NCBI GenBank assembly: GCA_000708835.1
Contig: DF237580.1
Location: forward strand, 7,312 to 50,421
Direction of reading: 5' to 3'
DNA from: Klebsormidium nitens
Taxonomy: Eukaryota; Plantae; Klebsormidiophyceae
DNA length: 43,110 nucleotides
This document shows, in pieces, positions 24,761-35,751 of this stretch; positions within the stretch are counted from its first letter, which is position 1, and each line of letters opens with the position of its first letter. The notes under the pieces are model-generated. The model had not been told where the DNA came from, made no database searches, and was given only the letters and a program-made list of their open reading frames with translations. A program made the translations under genes and the position numbers.

Positions 24761-27700
24761 TCAATGTTCTGAGTGCATTGTGCTATTCGGCGTGTCCGGG
24801 AACCCCGGGCTATACAGCCCGCTGCTCCCGCTGGTCATGCTGACGCTAGGACTCCCCATGTGGTTCCCATCCCCGGCCCCCTTTTGCCGGAGGGACGGCT
24901 TTTTCATCATGTTTGGAATACCCGCAACGGTAACGCCGGCCGACTGCCAGCCGACCGGGGGGGGAATGGATAGCTCCGGCGTTTTCATCTCGCGCAGCAG
25001 GAGGCGCAAAAAGGTGTACACTTTGGGGCGGTGCCGGTCCCACTCGCCCTTGTCGCCCTTGTGGAGGATGCGCAGCGCGGCCTCGTCGAACGGTTCGACG
25101 ACGCGCAGGAAGTCGGTGATGTGGGACTGGTTGGGGAAGTCGAGGTCCGCGAAGAGGTCCTGGGGAGGGAATGGCGGGCAATTGAGAGCGTGGTGACGTG
25201 GCAGTGTCCGAAGAGGGTCTTGGGTTAGTCAGCAGACGAACGTGGCAATATATGTGCAGGGCGTCAGGACAGAGATGTCGCATCTTGATGAAGCACCGTT
25301 CTGCATTTCGCCTGGCCCCCAAAGTCGGATCAGCAATTCTCCTCAGAGAGTAGGCGGGCTATGCAAATTTTACTTTAGGAGTACAGAAGACCTTTGCAGC
25401 CATTACGACTGATGTACTTTGCCAACGGTTCGCTCCTCCGAATCGTGCGGCGAACAGCGAACGGCTCTTACCAGGCACACCTTTTTGCGCCAGAAAGAGC
25501 GGCCAGAAACAAATCACGTCTCCTCAAGTAAGAAGCGGACAAGAAAGAAGAGCGGCTTCGACCAACGCTTGAAAGCAAGATTAATTCTAGCGCTGAATAG
25601 GTTCGAAAAGTGGAGACGCCCTGCATTCAAACGTGATGTCCTAAAGGAAAGAAAAGGTGGGTCAATGAAACTCACGTGGGCGACCGGGCCGATCCGCCAG
25701 AGCATCATGAAGCGCGTGAAGAAGTGCGTCCACTTCCGCCGGAACTCGTCCAGCTTGGCGGCGCGCTTGTGCTGCTCCTTCGTGTGCCCCAACAGCTGGG
25801 TGTCCTGCGCAGAAACAAGGCCTCGCTGAATAAGAGGATCTGGCCTTATGATTTCGGGCCATTCAATAGGGCCTTGTTCGGGCAGGTGTGGATAAAAAGC
25901 TGCGTGTGCTGCGCAGAAGTACAACCTCGCGGACTAAGGCGTTCTGACAGTCTTAAGCTCGACCTTTCCGTCGGGCCTTGTTCTGACAGGCGCCGGTAAG
26001 CAGGCTGGTTTCCAAGCAGCTTGTGCGAGGCTCGGAGTCTGGCAAACACTTTTGCACCGTGCTGGGCTTGAGGCGAAGTTTCTTGATCGCCTGTGCGTTG
26101 CGAAACTTGCCGTCTTACCGTCCTTGCGACCCCGATTCGCCGGCCTTAGCGAGAGAAAGGCCCGCCTTCCGGTCACGTAGTACTAAACAAGTTCCGAGAA
26201 ACCTCCACATTCCGGCAAAAGGACCCGGAAAAGATCTTCGAAAGAGACCATCTCCAGCCTGCCCTCACCTTCAAGCAGAGCGCCCACCGGTCGCTCGCGC
26301 CCGCCCCCTCGCCCGCCACGTAATCTTTCACCCCCCGGATCGCGTTCGCCATCTCGTAGCTCTGGTACTTTTGCACCAGCTCTGCGACTTCGCGCGCGAG
26401 CAGCAGCTTCTCCCCCAAAGTCAGCTCGGACTTGTCCGCGTCCTTGTGCGGACGGTCCGGCATGGACGCCGTCTCGAAGGGGAAGCCGTGCCGCTGCGCC
26501 GCCGCGTTGAAGGCGAAGCAGGAGACCCCCGCAGAGTCCCCGTGGCCAACTGCGAATGTAGAAGGTAGATCACGTTGGTCTGTGATTCTATGCAAGTAGC
26601 GACGCCAAATCACAAAATCCATTTTCGAGCAGGCGGGGGATCGTGCCGGTTCAAATATAGGGGAAGCAGGAGACCCCCGCAGAGTCGCCGTGGCCGAGTG
26701 CGCACATAGGGGGTTATTCACGTGAATTGGTGCTTCTGTCCAAGTAACCGAAAATAACGCCGGATCTTATATCACGATTCCGAGCAGGCGGGGTATCGTG
26801 CCGGTTGAGATTGGAGGGAAGCCATTCCTCGTGGCCGACTGTGCAAAGAAGAACGCGTGGCTAATGATGAATTGCAACTCTTTGCATCCTCAGGGTATTG
26901 ACGGCTTATGCTGTGACGCATCTCAAGGCAGAAGGCGGGTCGTGGGAGTTGGCCGACAGCGCCGCAGGAGGACCCCGCAAAGGCACTGGGTCCGACTTCA
27001 AACAGGCGCCAAAGAGCTTTGCGAACGGCACGCGCTTTCAGGCGCCGTTGGCGCCTGAAACTGGTCCGCGACGGAGGTTTAGACTCGAGTCGCTTGACGA
27101 GGACTGACTCATCCATGACCGCATTCGTAAGTCCTCAGTTTAGCAAGCGCACCCGGCGGACGACCTTGCAGACGTCAGCGCTCACGATCTCTTTCCTTGC
27201 TGACATCATCGCTTGTCTGTTGCTCACTCACCGCACACGGCGTACTTTATTCTGTTGGTGGACTCCTCCCCGATTGGCAACCCGCACTGTTCCATGTGCT
27301 TGTGGATGGCGGCGCTGAAGCGCTTCCAGTCCGCCCGCCACACCTGAACAGGAGCGGATCGAGTAAGAGACGGACGGAGATTCGAGCGGAACTGATGTGC
27401 TTGCGGATGGCGGCGCTGAAGCTCCTCCAGTCCGCCCGCCACTTTTGGAAACGAGCGGAACAGATCGGAACAGAGATACGGACGGAAGAGTTGACGGCAG
27501 TTCCGGTCAGTTGGGCCGGACAGTCAACCAGTAAGGATTGGACACGTGAAACTGGAACACCGAGCAGAATGAACTGGAACTCTCGAAATCAGAGACTGGC
27601 TTCCATTAGCAGATGAGGAGGTGAGCGCAGCTAGAAAGTGTAACCCACAGACAGCAATAGGTGCATAATTCTGATTGGCAGGGGCCTCGATACTTCCGAT

Positions 27701-29860
27701 TGGAGTTAACCCGCTGGACTGCACCGTGTAGGTGATCAAGAACGACATCGTCTCCTGTTCTGTCAAGCTCAGATCAACGTTTCATATCACATCCTACAAA
27801 TTCTTGGCAATAGATGCTGTGCGAAACAGCTTTGCCTGGAAAATCTCGACATATTTGGCAGCTGCTTGCTTCAGAAAGGCTTGACCTCCCTTACAACAAG
27901 CCCCGGGCAATTGCTTGGTCGCGAGAACCGACTTCCGCAGTTCCCCATTCAAGCTTCGAGAGTTCCATCAAAAAGTCGTTCGAGGACTTAAGCTACCGCT
28001 GAGCTCCACTCCTCCTGCCATCTCTTCGATGTGCGGCCGTTTCACGGCTTCACCTGAGCAATTTTCATTGAAAACCCGCTTCACGGATAGAACCAGATTT
28101 CCCAGCCAGATCCTTATGTAAGCTCACCTCGGAAGAAATTGCCTCCTTCCAGAACCTGCGCGCGTCCTCGTTCTGGATTTGACCAAGAATGTCAAACAGA
28201 CCGTACTTCGGGTCCATTCGTCCCAACACTCGGAAGTTGCTTAGGCTCTTTTCCAGGTCTAGCGCATGCCGGGTAAAGTGTTCTCTGCAAAGAGTTCAGG
28301 GTCAAGCTGTTACGGCCGAAAGGAAAGTCGAATCATCACCTGCTGCCGGTCAGCCAGCATCTGATCGTTGGGTCTATATCAGGGCACAGAGGTCCAAAGA
28401 TAATCGGTACTTGAGAAATTGGTCCACGAAATGGGCGCTAGAGGACTCAAGAATGTTTTAGGCAATGAACATTTGATCTGCCTCCTATTTGAAGAGTAAT
28501 GGAGCGGAATCGCAAAGTGACAAGGAATCACACGGTAGCTCCTCTTGGATACTGGCAAATACGAGCGGAGCCTTGCCATCAGGTAGAGTGCGTCAAAGCT
28601 TGAGCTTTGGCTGCGGACTCGACCTTAAATTAGACGCTTGACCTCTGTTTGTTTGCGGTGCGTTTCATGGTAAGGAGGTCAAGCTTTAGCATATCTGTGC
28701 TTACAGATGTCAAGATGAGATCTGTGAAAGCTTGCGGAGAAGAAGGTCCTCAGACGTGAAAATTGGAAGAGTTTTTGCTTTGCTTCACATGGTGCGGCAT
28801 CAAACAAGTCTATCGTTTGGGCGGCTTCTCAGCGTTGCTAATCGCAAATAAGGGCAGAACGCAGCAAGTGGCGCCTGCATCCTGACCTGTTTTTGCATCC
28901 TGGAACTTGCGTACAGATTGACAGCGGCAAGGCCAAATCTGAGGCAATTGACTAGATGGTGTGATCCGGTTGCTGATCAGATCCATATTTCCCAATGCTT
29001 TACCTGTACTCCGCAATGTTCATTGTGACCCATCTGTGGAAGTATGCTGCCCCATGGAGGCCCTTCAGCAGTTTCCGTTTCTCTATCAGCTTCCGCGCTT
29101 TCTCTCTCATTCCATGCATGTTCCTCCGGACAGGCTCCGAGGCAGTGGCCATCCCTGTCAATAGTCCAGGTGCAACTTGAAACGATGACTGAGCTCCTTA
29201 ATCGTTGATTCTTGACCACTTAATGCATCCTGCCTCAGCAACCAGGATAGGATTGAACAAACGGCAAGATCCAGCAAAGGCTATCTGACATCGAAGCTTA
29301 GACAATCAGATTGCATGGAGTAGAGGATAGGGCATGGGTTCTTCCATGGGACGAGAACTAAATCAAGGCTTCTGAACCTGCGGCCCAGCCAGATCAGCAA
29401 TCTTACATATGCTGCAGCAACTTGAGAGAAGGACATGTCTTCCTCAGCATCACATGCAAACTTCTCGCATTTCAGCTGGTTCAGCAGACTCTGGTCGGAT
29501 CAGCCTGCGCGGCTCCAACATCACTACAATTGGCCGAGATCTAAGCCAGGGTTTCAAAATTCTATGTCTACTATCAAAGCTGAGGCTTCCTCAGTGTCTC
29601 AGGGGGAGTATCAATGCCACTCCTGAATGCTTACCTGCCAGCCAATCATCCACCGCCTTGGACCGCTTCCCAGACTCCTCCTCTGCCTGCTTCATCCTGG
29701 CAAACTTTGCCAGCAGGCCATCTCCTATCCTACATTGCACCAGAGCGTCCTCCGCTTCTGAAGCGTAGTCTATACAGTGGCGCAGAAGGCTGATGCACTC
29801 TGCTGCTAATTCCCTCAAGGGGTCCCCTTCTGAGGCAACCACAAGCGCCTTCTCCCCCAT
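24761..29860 (-). CDS. 484-aa protein: putative four-helix bundle (MLKL/Cbl-N-like) + Cbl-like EF-hand + EDS1-type EP-like domain + disordered tail; 7 exons: 29860-29635, 29154-29004, 28284-28128, 27343-27232, 26549-26269, 25804-25676, 25159-24761
   Basis: All six introns are GT-AG, phases are 1,2,0,1,0,0, and the total of 1455 nt is stop-free; good gccATGg context. Domain calls by eye: EDARRFWKEAISSEVWRADWKRFSAAIH...VSCFAFN...GFPF resembles Cbl EF-hand [26 protein letters not shown]...ISVFEFD...FQPW; DLDF...DFLRVVEPFDEA...GEWDRHRPKVY resembles EDS1 DIDW...YRRLVEPLDIA...GPYMKRGRPTRY. The confidence score is for the gene model; domain identity is less certain. Confidence 0.88.
25195..27446 (-). 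repeat. Decayed acceptor-side exon copies upstream of exons 4, 5, 6 and 7 of the 24761-29860 gene
   Basis: Exon 7 echo at ~25195-25226; exon 6 echo agctgcgtgtgctgcgcagaa at 25898 (offset 104); exon 5 echoes at ~26660-26700, ~26770-26845 and ~26945-26990 (offsets 148, 141, ~118); exon 4 echo at ~27394-27446 (offset 101). Confidence 0.8.
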
Positions 29861-30644
29861 GGCTGGTTACTTGAGGCGCATGCTCGTGCTGCTCCGGTCA
29901 CCTCAAGCAGACAAGTCCACTCTAAGCCTGCCCTAAGTAGTCACCGTCTTGAAATCAGAGGGAGAGAAAGGCCTTCTTCCTGGCCTTCTCAAGGTTAGAT
30001 TGAAGGCAGTGAAGCTTTACAAATTCTGTGTCCTTATTGCCTGGCGCACTGCACCCCTCAAACCTGGCCGCTTACGGCGAGCAATGTCAATAAACCCTCC
30101 CGTCCTTGCCATCTACTGATATGCCTCACTTTAATAGGACAGGACCAGGACGAACGCCCTCCACAAAAATGCAACCTAACAGTGCTCCTCTTAAACAATC
30201 TCTGCTTCCCTCAATATGCTGTACAGAAACCCAAATCGTTTTTGGAATCAAGAACCAACTCTCTGGGTGCAAAGGTCGGACCTTTTCTAGACGCTTGCTC
30301 TCAACTCACAATTGTGTTCCCCCATTGAAATGCGATGCCAGACTCCGGAATGAAGTATCTGATCCCCATCTGATGCCCGTACTCTTCGTGCGTTCCTCTG
30401 CAATCTGTGAGCAAATTTGCATTCACTAGGATTGCTGCGTGATCTTGCTTCAATCGTAGGAAAGGCAGCCTGCTCCTTCAACATTGAAGAGAGCAAAGCT
30501 TCTTTCTCCCAGAGTTGACCGCTTGGAAATTGTTCTCCCTCGAAACGAATCTACCCAGGTATAGTAGTAGGTCCAAGCAGAAGCGCAGTCAGCAAAGCGG
30601 CGGCAGGCGACTGGCGCCATGATGCCAACTTGAAGTCCAATAGC

Positions 30645-31026
30645 CAGAGATCGTGGCGAAATGCAAACCCGTAATGCACTAACCCTAATTCAAAATGCAC
30701 TAATTGGCGCAATTCGGCGAAATTGGCAAAATACAAGGGCCTTCGGCTTGCCGCTTATGCTGCAAGATACCTTTTCCTTATATCAATTTCCGGAGCGCAA
30801 TATGCAGATTCTCAGAAGTCAATTGCCTGAGCTAAGCCCGCGATATCGACTGCTCTCGGTCTGATTTTGACCAACTTTGGTCTCAAAACTGCTCACTTAT
30901 GTGCATATAAGCGGATAATTTTGAGAATTGCGCCGGGTTGGCGAAATAGGGGCTCTGGGCGAAATATTGGCGAAATCCGGCGCAACCCCAATTGGCGCAA
31001 TCAATTAGGTTGCGCCACGATCTCTG
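30645..31026. mobile_element. Non-autonomous hAT-superfamily DNA transposon (MITE), 382 bp
   Basis: Perfect 14-bp TIRs CAGAGATCGTGGCG (30645-30658) and CGCCACGATCTCTG (31013-31026). Exact 8-bp TSD CCAATAGC at 30637-30644 and 31027-31034. About ten subterminal GGCG(C/A)AA motifs. No ORF. Confidence 0.92.
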
Positions 31027-31403
31027 CCAATAGCAATGGCGCTGCTGCGCTGCCCGTAGAGTGTGGAACCCTAATTTGGACAGCATCTGCGCGAACGAAA
31101 CTACTCTTCAAGTTCTCGCGCAATTTGCTTTAGACGACGTCAACAAGAGAGATTTCAGGATCGCGCCCGAAAATGAGACACAGGCTGCAAATAACCGTTC
31201 GATCCTGCAAGCAGACGGTGCCGATTTGCGCACTACTGTGACTACATGAGTCTTGACAATGCTGTGCGAACTAGAGGCAGAACGTCCTTCTCTTCGCTCG
31301 CGGCGCCATGCAGGCCGGGCCCTCAGAAATGATCAGACTCAGAGATTCCGAGCGTGGCTCGAACTTCGAATTGCAGAATTGCAGAATGATGGAGGGAAAC
31401 TTA

Positions 31404-33220
31404 ATGGCGTCTCGTCAAAGTGGGGCTCTTCTTATCTTGCTTCTTGCTCTCAGCTCCACTGTTCAACATGCAGAAGCGTTTGACTTTGCGGCATTCTCTG
31501 CGGCCATTCGCCCGACGGTCATGACATTGGCCGCTGGTGTCGTGAATTGGCGAAGCGTGACGGGTGCGCTGAGCAATGTCGCTGAGCGTGTTGCGAATGA
31601 GCGGGAGAGGCGGGGTGACTTTGCTGGTAAGCCAGCTCTTCACGGCGTATGTGCGTGCAATCTGTTCCTGTCATGCGAATCGTAGATCTTTTGTCATGTC
31701 TCTTTTTGTTGTTCACATGTCAATGAAGGGACTGGATGCTGAGCTCCTTATGGATTTCACTTTGATTGGCGCTGGGATTATTGAGCATATCAAAAGTATG
31801 GCATGGACATGGAGAAATATGTGAAGTGGATGCCACTAGTTCAACGCAAAGGGAGGGCTTTGCTGAAGGAATCAGCCAATCACGTGTGTAGAATCTTTTG
31901 TGAGCCCCGTGAAAATTTGAATCAAGAAATGTGAATCTTAGATGCAACACTCACAGATAGAGGGGGGCCAAGAAGCATGTTTCCTCCCTGCAACATCAGA
32001 CTTCAAAGAGGCTGACAAAGTCAAGAAAATCTGGATCGTCCAATCCAGCGGCTACATCAAGTATCCTGACAAACCTGACGAATTACGGTGCTGCTTCAAA
32101 AGGGCAAAGAGGGGAAGCCGTACCTTGTTTATCTCAAGCGACCAACTTCTTTGTGTAAGCCATGATTCATGGCCCCGGTCAGCATGCTTTGACACTTCCT
32201 GTCGTACAGGAGCGGAGCGGCTTCGCCAATGGAGTGGCAGCTACACACACGGGCCTTGGGTTGCGTCAGGTGGCTTGCTAGCAGCAACGGGATTGGCGCA
32301 GGTGAGGACACTCGGAGTTGCAAGGACTCAAAAGGGCAGATGTGCGCAGCCGGCGTTTCAGAGAATCGAGGCAATCATGTAGTGCGGTCCTTGAGCCTCC
32401 AGCTGATGAATCGAATACGCTCAAACGGCACAAGCCATGCTTGTTGATTCGTTATCAGAAACCTTCTCTTTCTGCGCTGATACTCGGTCAGAAAACTCAC
32501 CTGACACTAGTTCTCTTGTACAAGTCTCCTCCCACTTTCAACGCTTGTTCTTGCGGACAAGTGTTGCCACATGTTTATTGACACCCCGCATGCTTGCTTT
32601 TCCCCCATGAGGGTTACTTCCCCAGCTCCTCGACTCTAAGCTTCCGACTCTAAGCTCACGACCCTAAGCCTTCGCAACTTCGTTTCAGAAAATGTTAATC
32701 ACGGTACCAAGAGCAAGCCTTTCATCTCTTCTTTTGCAACGTCCGCACCTGCCGCAGGCCCCTGTACCACTGAACTGAGCTTGTAGAGATCTGGGCATAG
32801 CTGTTGGGGCAGATCACGATGTACTCCTTCCAAGTGACTCATGACGACCTACTCTTGCAGCACACCCGCGCCATTGACCTTCAGAGCACCCTCGCAGACC
32901 TCCAGCGGCTCAAGTCGTTGGTCGAGGAACTCCTCCGGTTATCCTCGGATGAGGCGCGGCTGAGTTGGCTGTCCCGCAATTGGGACACAGCTTCCCGCGT
33001 TGCTGAACGGCTGTCCAAAGACTCGATCAACCTCCTCGGACAGTCGGGCCTTGTCCGAGGTTTCCTCGATGCAGTGTACCGGGAGGCTGTCGATAAGAAA
33101 CTCGCACGAGATGTGTTGGGGGTTGCGAGTGGCGATGTGATGACCTTGGTCAGCGCGTTCCAGCAATTGATTGAGACGCGGTTAAGGGAGGCGGTTGGGG
33201 GTGGAAGGGATGAACTTTAG
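31404..33220 (+). CDS. 224-aa putative ER-luminal protein of unknown function; 3 exons: 31404-31626, 32210-32301, 32861-33220
   Basis: GT-AG junctions in frame (phases 1, 0). Hydrophobic signal peptide MASRQSGALLILLLALSSTVQHAEA with an A-E-A cleavage motif; C-terminal GGRDEL* (K/HDEL-like retrieval signal). Confidence 0.75.
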
Positions 33221-34821
33221 TGTAGGCGGGCGGGTGATTCGTTGGTTCTTGACGCGGCCAGATATCGATTTCGTGCTGTGTTGTAGATTAGGCGTACGTT
33301 TTCTGATGAAACAGTTTCCCCTCTGTGGTTGGGCAAAGAATTTAACCTTGTATAGCCGTTCAAAAAGTCAAGGCATAGTTGGTCACGAAAATCTGGCTCG
33401 CGAGCGCTTGCCAAGCTGAGCCTGCCGTTTTGTTTAAGGTATTCTAGTGCTACTACTTCTCAGCTTGTGAGTCGAGAACCAGTGTGATTGAATCAACTGC
33501 AGAAGATCTAGGTAATAAAACATGTTGGCAGGGCTGGACAATTGCAATAAGTGGACACGAGTCGATACAAGAGTTGACTCGTCGGATCAGTCCGATGACA
33601 ACTTTCCCGGGTTAGCCGCTATACACATGAGTTGATGAACATCAGAAGCCTACATGGCCTGTTTGACAACGGCTGGCCTTCTTCAATGTGAATGAACCGC
33701 CATGCAACACATGAATTGTCAGTTAGTGCGCTTAAGATCACCTTTGAATTGCGATAAAGCAGCTCCGATTGCATGACAGCCCAGTATAGTCATGCATGCA
33801 GGGTCATATACTGAATGTTGAGTTAATTGCGAATTGACAATGCTGGCATGCGACGCATGCATTGCATGGCCCGCTTCAGCAATTCAGGGCGGCTAGCTTC
33901 TATATGTTCCCCGTGGCAACTTAGCAATCACGTATAACCCGACTGGTGCATGCCCTCTGTTGTTTTGCGGACCGTGCCTAGTGGGCCAAAGATAGCGGTA
34001 GATCCTGCATTCTGATGCCTGCCCAAGCTTTCACCAGCTTCACATACCGTTGGTGCTTCAAGCTTCTGAGATCCCCTATAATCGAGATAGTGCGCAGGCA
34101 CCAGGGAGTAGAGCGCGGGTGGCCTTGAGGCTTCTTTACGACCTTGGTGTTCTTTAGCCCAAAGTTCGTTTGAAGTTCCGGTAAGCCTTTTGAGAGAGCG
34201 AAGTTATGAAAGCTTGAACGGAAAGTTTGATCATGAAAGATATTTTGCAAATTAGAGTGCGGGAGCTTCCCGCGTTGCGCTTACTGGACAAGTTTTGACA
34301 AGTACGACTGTCTCGGGCCGGTGAGACGCAAGGACAGTAAGTCTTATCTTACAGATCGTCTTCGAAGAAGTTGCACCGCCAGTCTTCAAGATGCGTCGAA
34401 CATGCGAGACTGATGGTTTGACAAGCCAGCCAACCATCGACCAGCTCGTGACGTCATGGTTCTCGTTCGACCGACAATATCAATCCCGGCCTCAGTGTGT
34501 GACAAAATCCGTCCCTTAGGCTTGTAAGCAGAATCTCTCCAGGTATCCACAAGCCAGAGACCGACAGCCGGCACCGGCGTATAAGAGATCTTCAGCGTCT
34601 TCCTATGTCTGCTCCGCAGTCCTGAGCCTAGGCTTAGCGTCAGGATAGGACGAGGATATTTGTAGAGACGCCAATCGCAGCGCATGTTACGCGAAGGAGC
34701 AAGGAGGCCAAGCTTCGAGCCAGCACAGGATGGCGTGCTGAAGATTGCAAAAGAAGACTGATTCATTTGCGAAGCAACCGTGTAGTTCATTCCTGGGGCA
34801 GATCAGGCGCAAGAAAGCAGC

Positions 34822-35751
34822 ATGGATACTACAACGTTTGAGGATCTCGGTGACGACATCGTCTGCCTCATTCTTGACAAGACGCTGAAGCCAGTCCCTC
34901 CTGGAATCGCTTCCAGAACACTCGCAAGCTTCGCATGCACTTCTTCTCGTTACGCAAGTCTCATGAAGGAGCGCGGCTGGGAGCGCGCATGCAGGAACGC
35001 GCTGCCAGATCTGTGTGAGATCCTGCTGAGTGCAGACAAGGAGAGCCCGGGAGATGCAGGCTGGGACTGCTTTGCAAAGCTGCTGACTAGGTGCCCTGGC
35101 TATCGAAGCAAGTTGGTCTACCTGGTGTACGTCACACCCTACAGTACATCCCAAACGCTGTTTACAAATACCAGAGGACAGATTAAAGGCCTCGAGACCT
35201 TCAATGTTGCCCTGAAGAGCCATGTCAGCGACAATTGGCTTTTAGAGTCACCCCCCACCTTCCTGAGTGAAGGAGAGAAGATCCTGCCAGGTCTGATCCG
35301 CGCCAAAAGTCCGTTCTTTCTGCTTAGCAACTGCGAGAGTGGACCTTCTCACGTGGTCCGAAGCACGTACACGGAGTGGAAGACGCAGGGTCCAAATCGG
35401 AACGTGTGGAAAGAGGTTCCCCTGGTAGAGAGAAGTCCTCCAACACAGGCGATTGTTGAGGTCTACCGGGGTTTGGTGGCGGACGTCAGCGCCCTCGCTT
35501 CTGACTTTGCACACACAACAGGCGATGCGGTTATTTGTGAAAAAGAGCCGGCTGCGTTGGACCGCAAGGCAGCACTGAAGACGCCTGAAGCAAAGCAGTG
35601 CCCCTTTTGCGCGAGGCCAATGCAGCGCATTTCATCCCGCTTCCACAACTGGGAGCTTTGCAGTTTGTTTGGTGCAGCGAGCGCAGCATTTGACGTCTGC
35701 TCGTCCGGCCACATCTATGGTGCGCGTGCCGCACACCGGTACCCTCAATGA
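34822..35751 (+). CDS. Intronless EID1-like (EDL family) F-box protein, 309 aa
   Basis: N-terminal F-box (FEDLGDDIVCLILDKTL...LASFACTSSRYASL...WERACRNALP), the family-like GWDCFAKLLTRCPG motif, and C-terminal Cys/His motifs CPFC...VCSSGHIYG. Confidence 0.78.
   Translation: MDTTTFEDLGDDIVCLILDKTLKPVPPGIASRTLASFACTSSRYASLMKERGWERACRNALPDLCEILLSADKESPGDAGWDCFAKLLTRCPGYRSKLVYLVYVTPYSTSQTLFTNTRGQIKGLETFNVALKSHVSDNWLLESPPTFLSEGEKILPGLIRAKSPFFLLSNCESGPSHVVRSTYTEWKTQGPNRNVWKEVPLVERSPPTQAIVEVYRGLVADVSALASDFAHTTGDAVICEKEPAALDRKAALKTPEAKQCPFCARPMQRISSRFHNWELCSLFGAASAAFDVCSSGHIYGARAAHRYPQ

Noticed and set aside
26515-26549. GHGDSAG as a lipase GxSxG nucleophile motif, which would make the gene a true EDS1 orthologue
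   Set aside because: It lies within the EF-hand-like segment and there is no alpha/beta-hydrolase strand pattern upstream.
27524-27766. Extra exon in the EP-like gene
   Set aside because: No phase-compatible strong donor, and exon 3 joins exon 4 in frame while restoring the EF-hand-like motif.
28977-29219. ORF-track GHCLGA lipase-like motif
   Set aside because: It is in a different frame from the splice-consistent exon 2.
33560-33960. Clusters of CATG/TGCA (RY-like) motifs in intergenic DNA
   Set aside because: These could equally arise from CpG deamination in old methylated sequence; there is no positional evidence for regulation.
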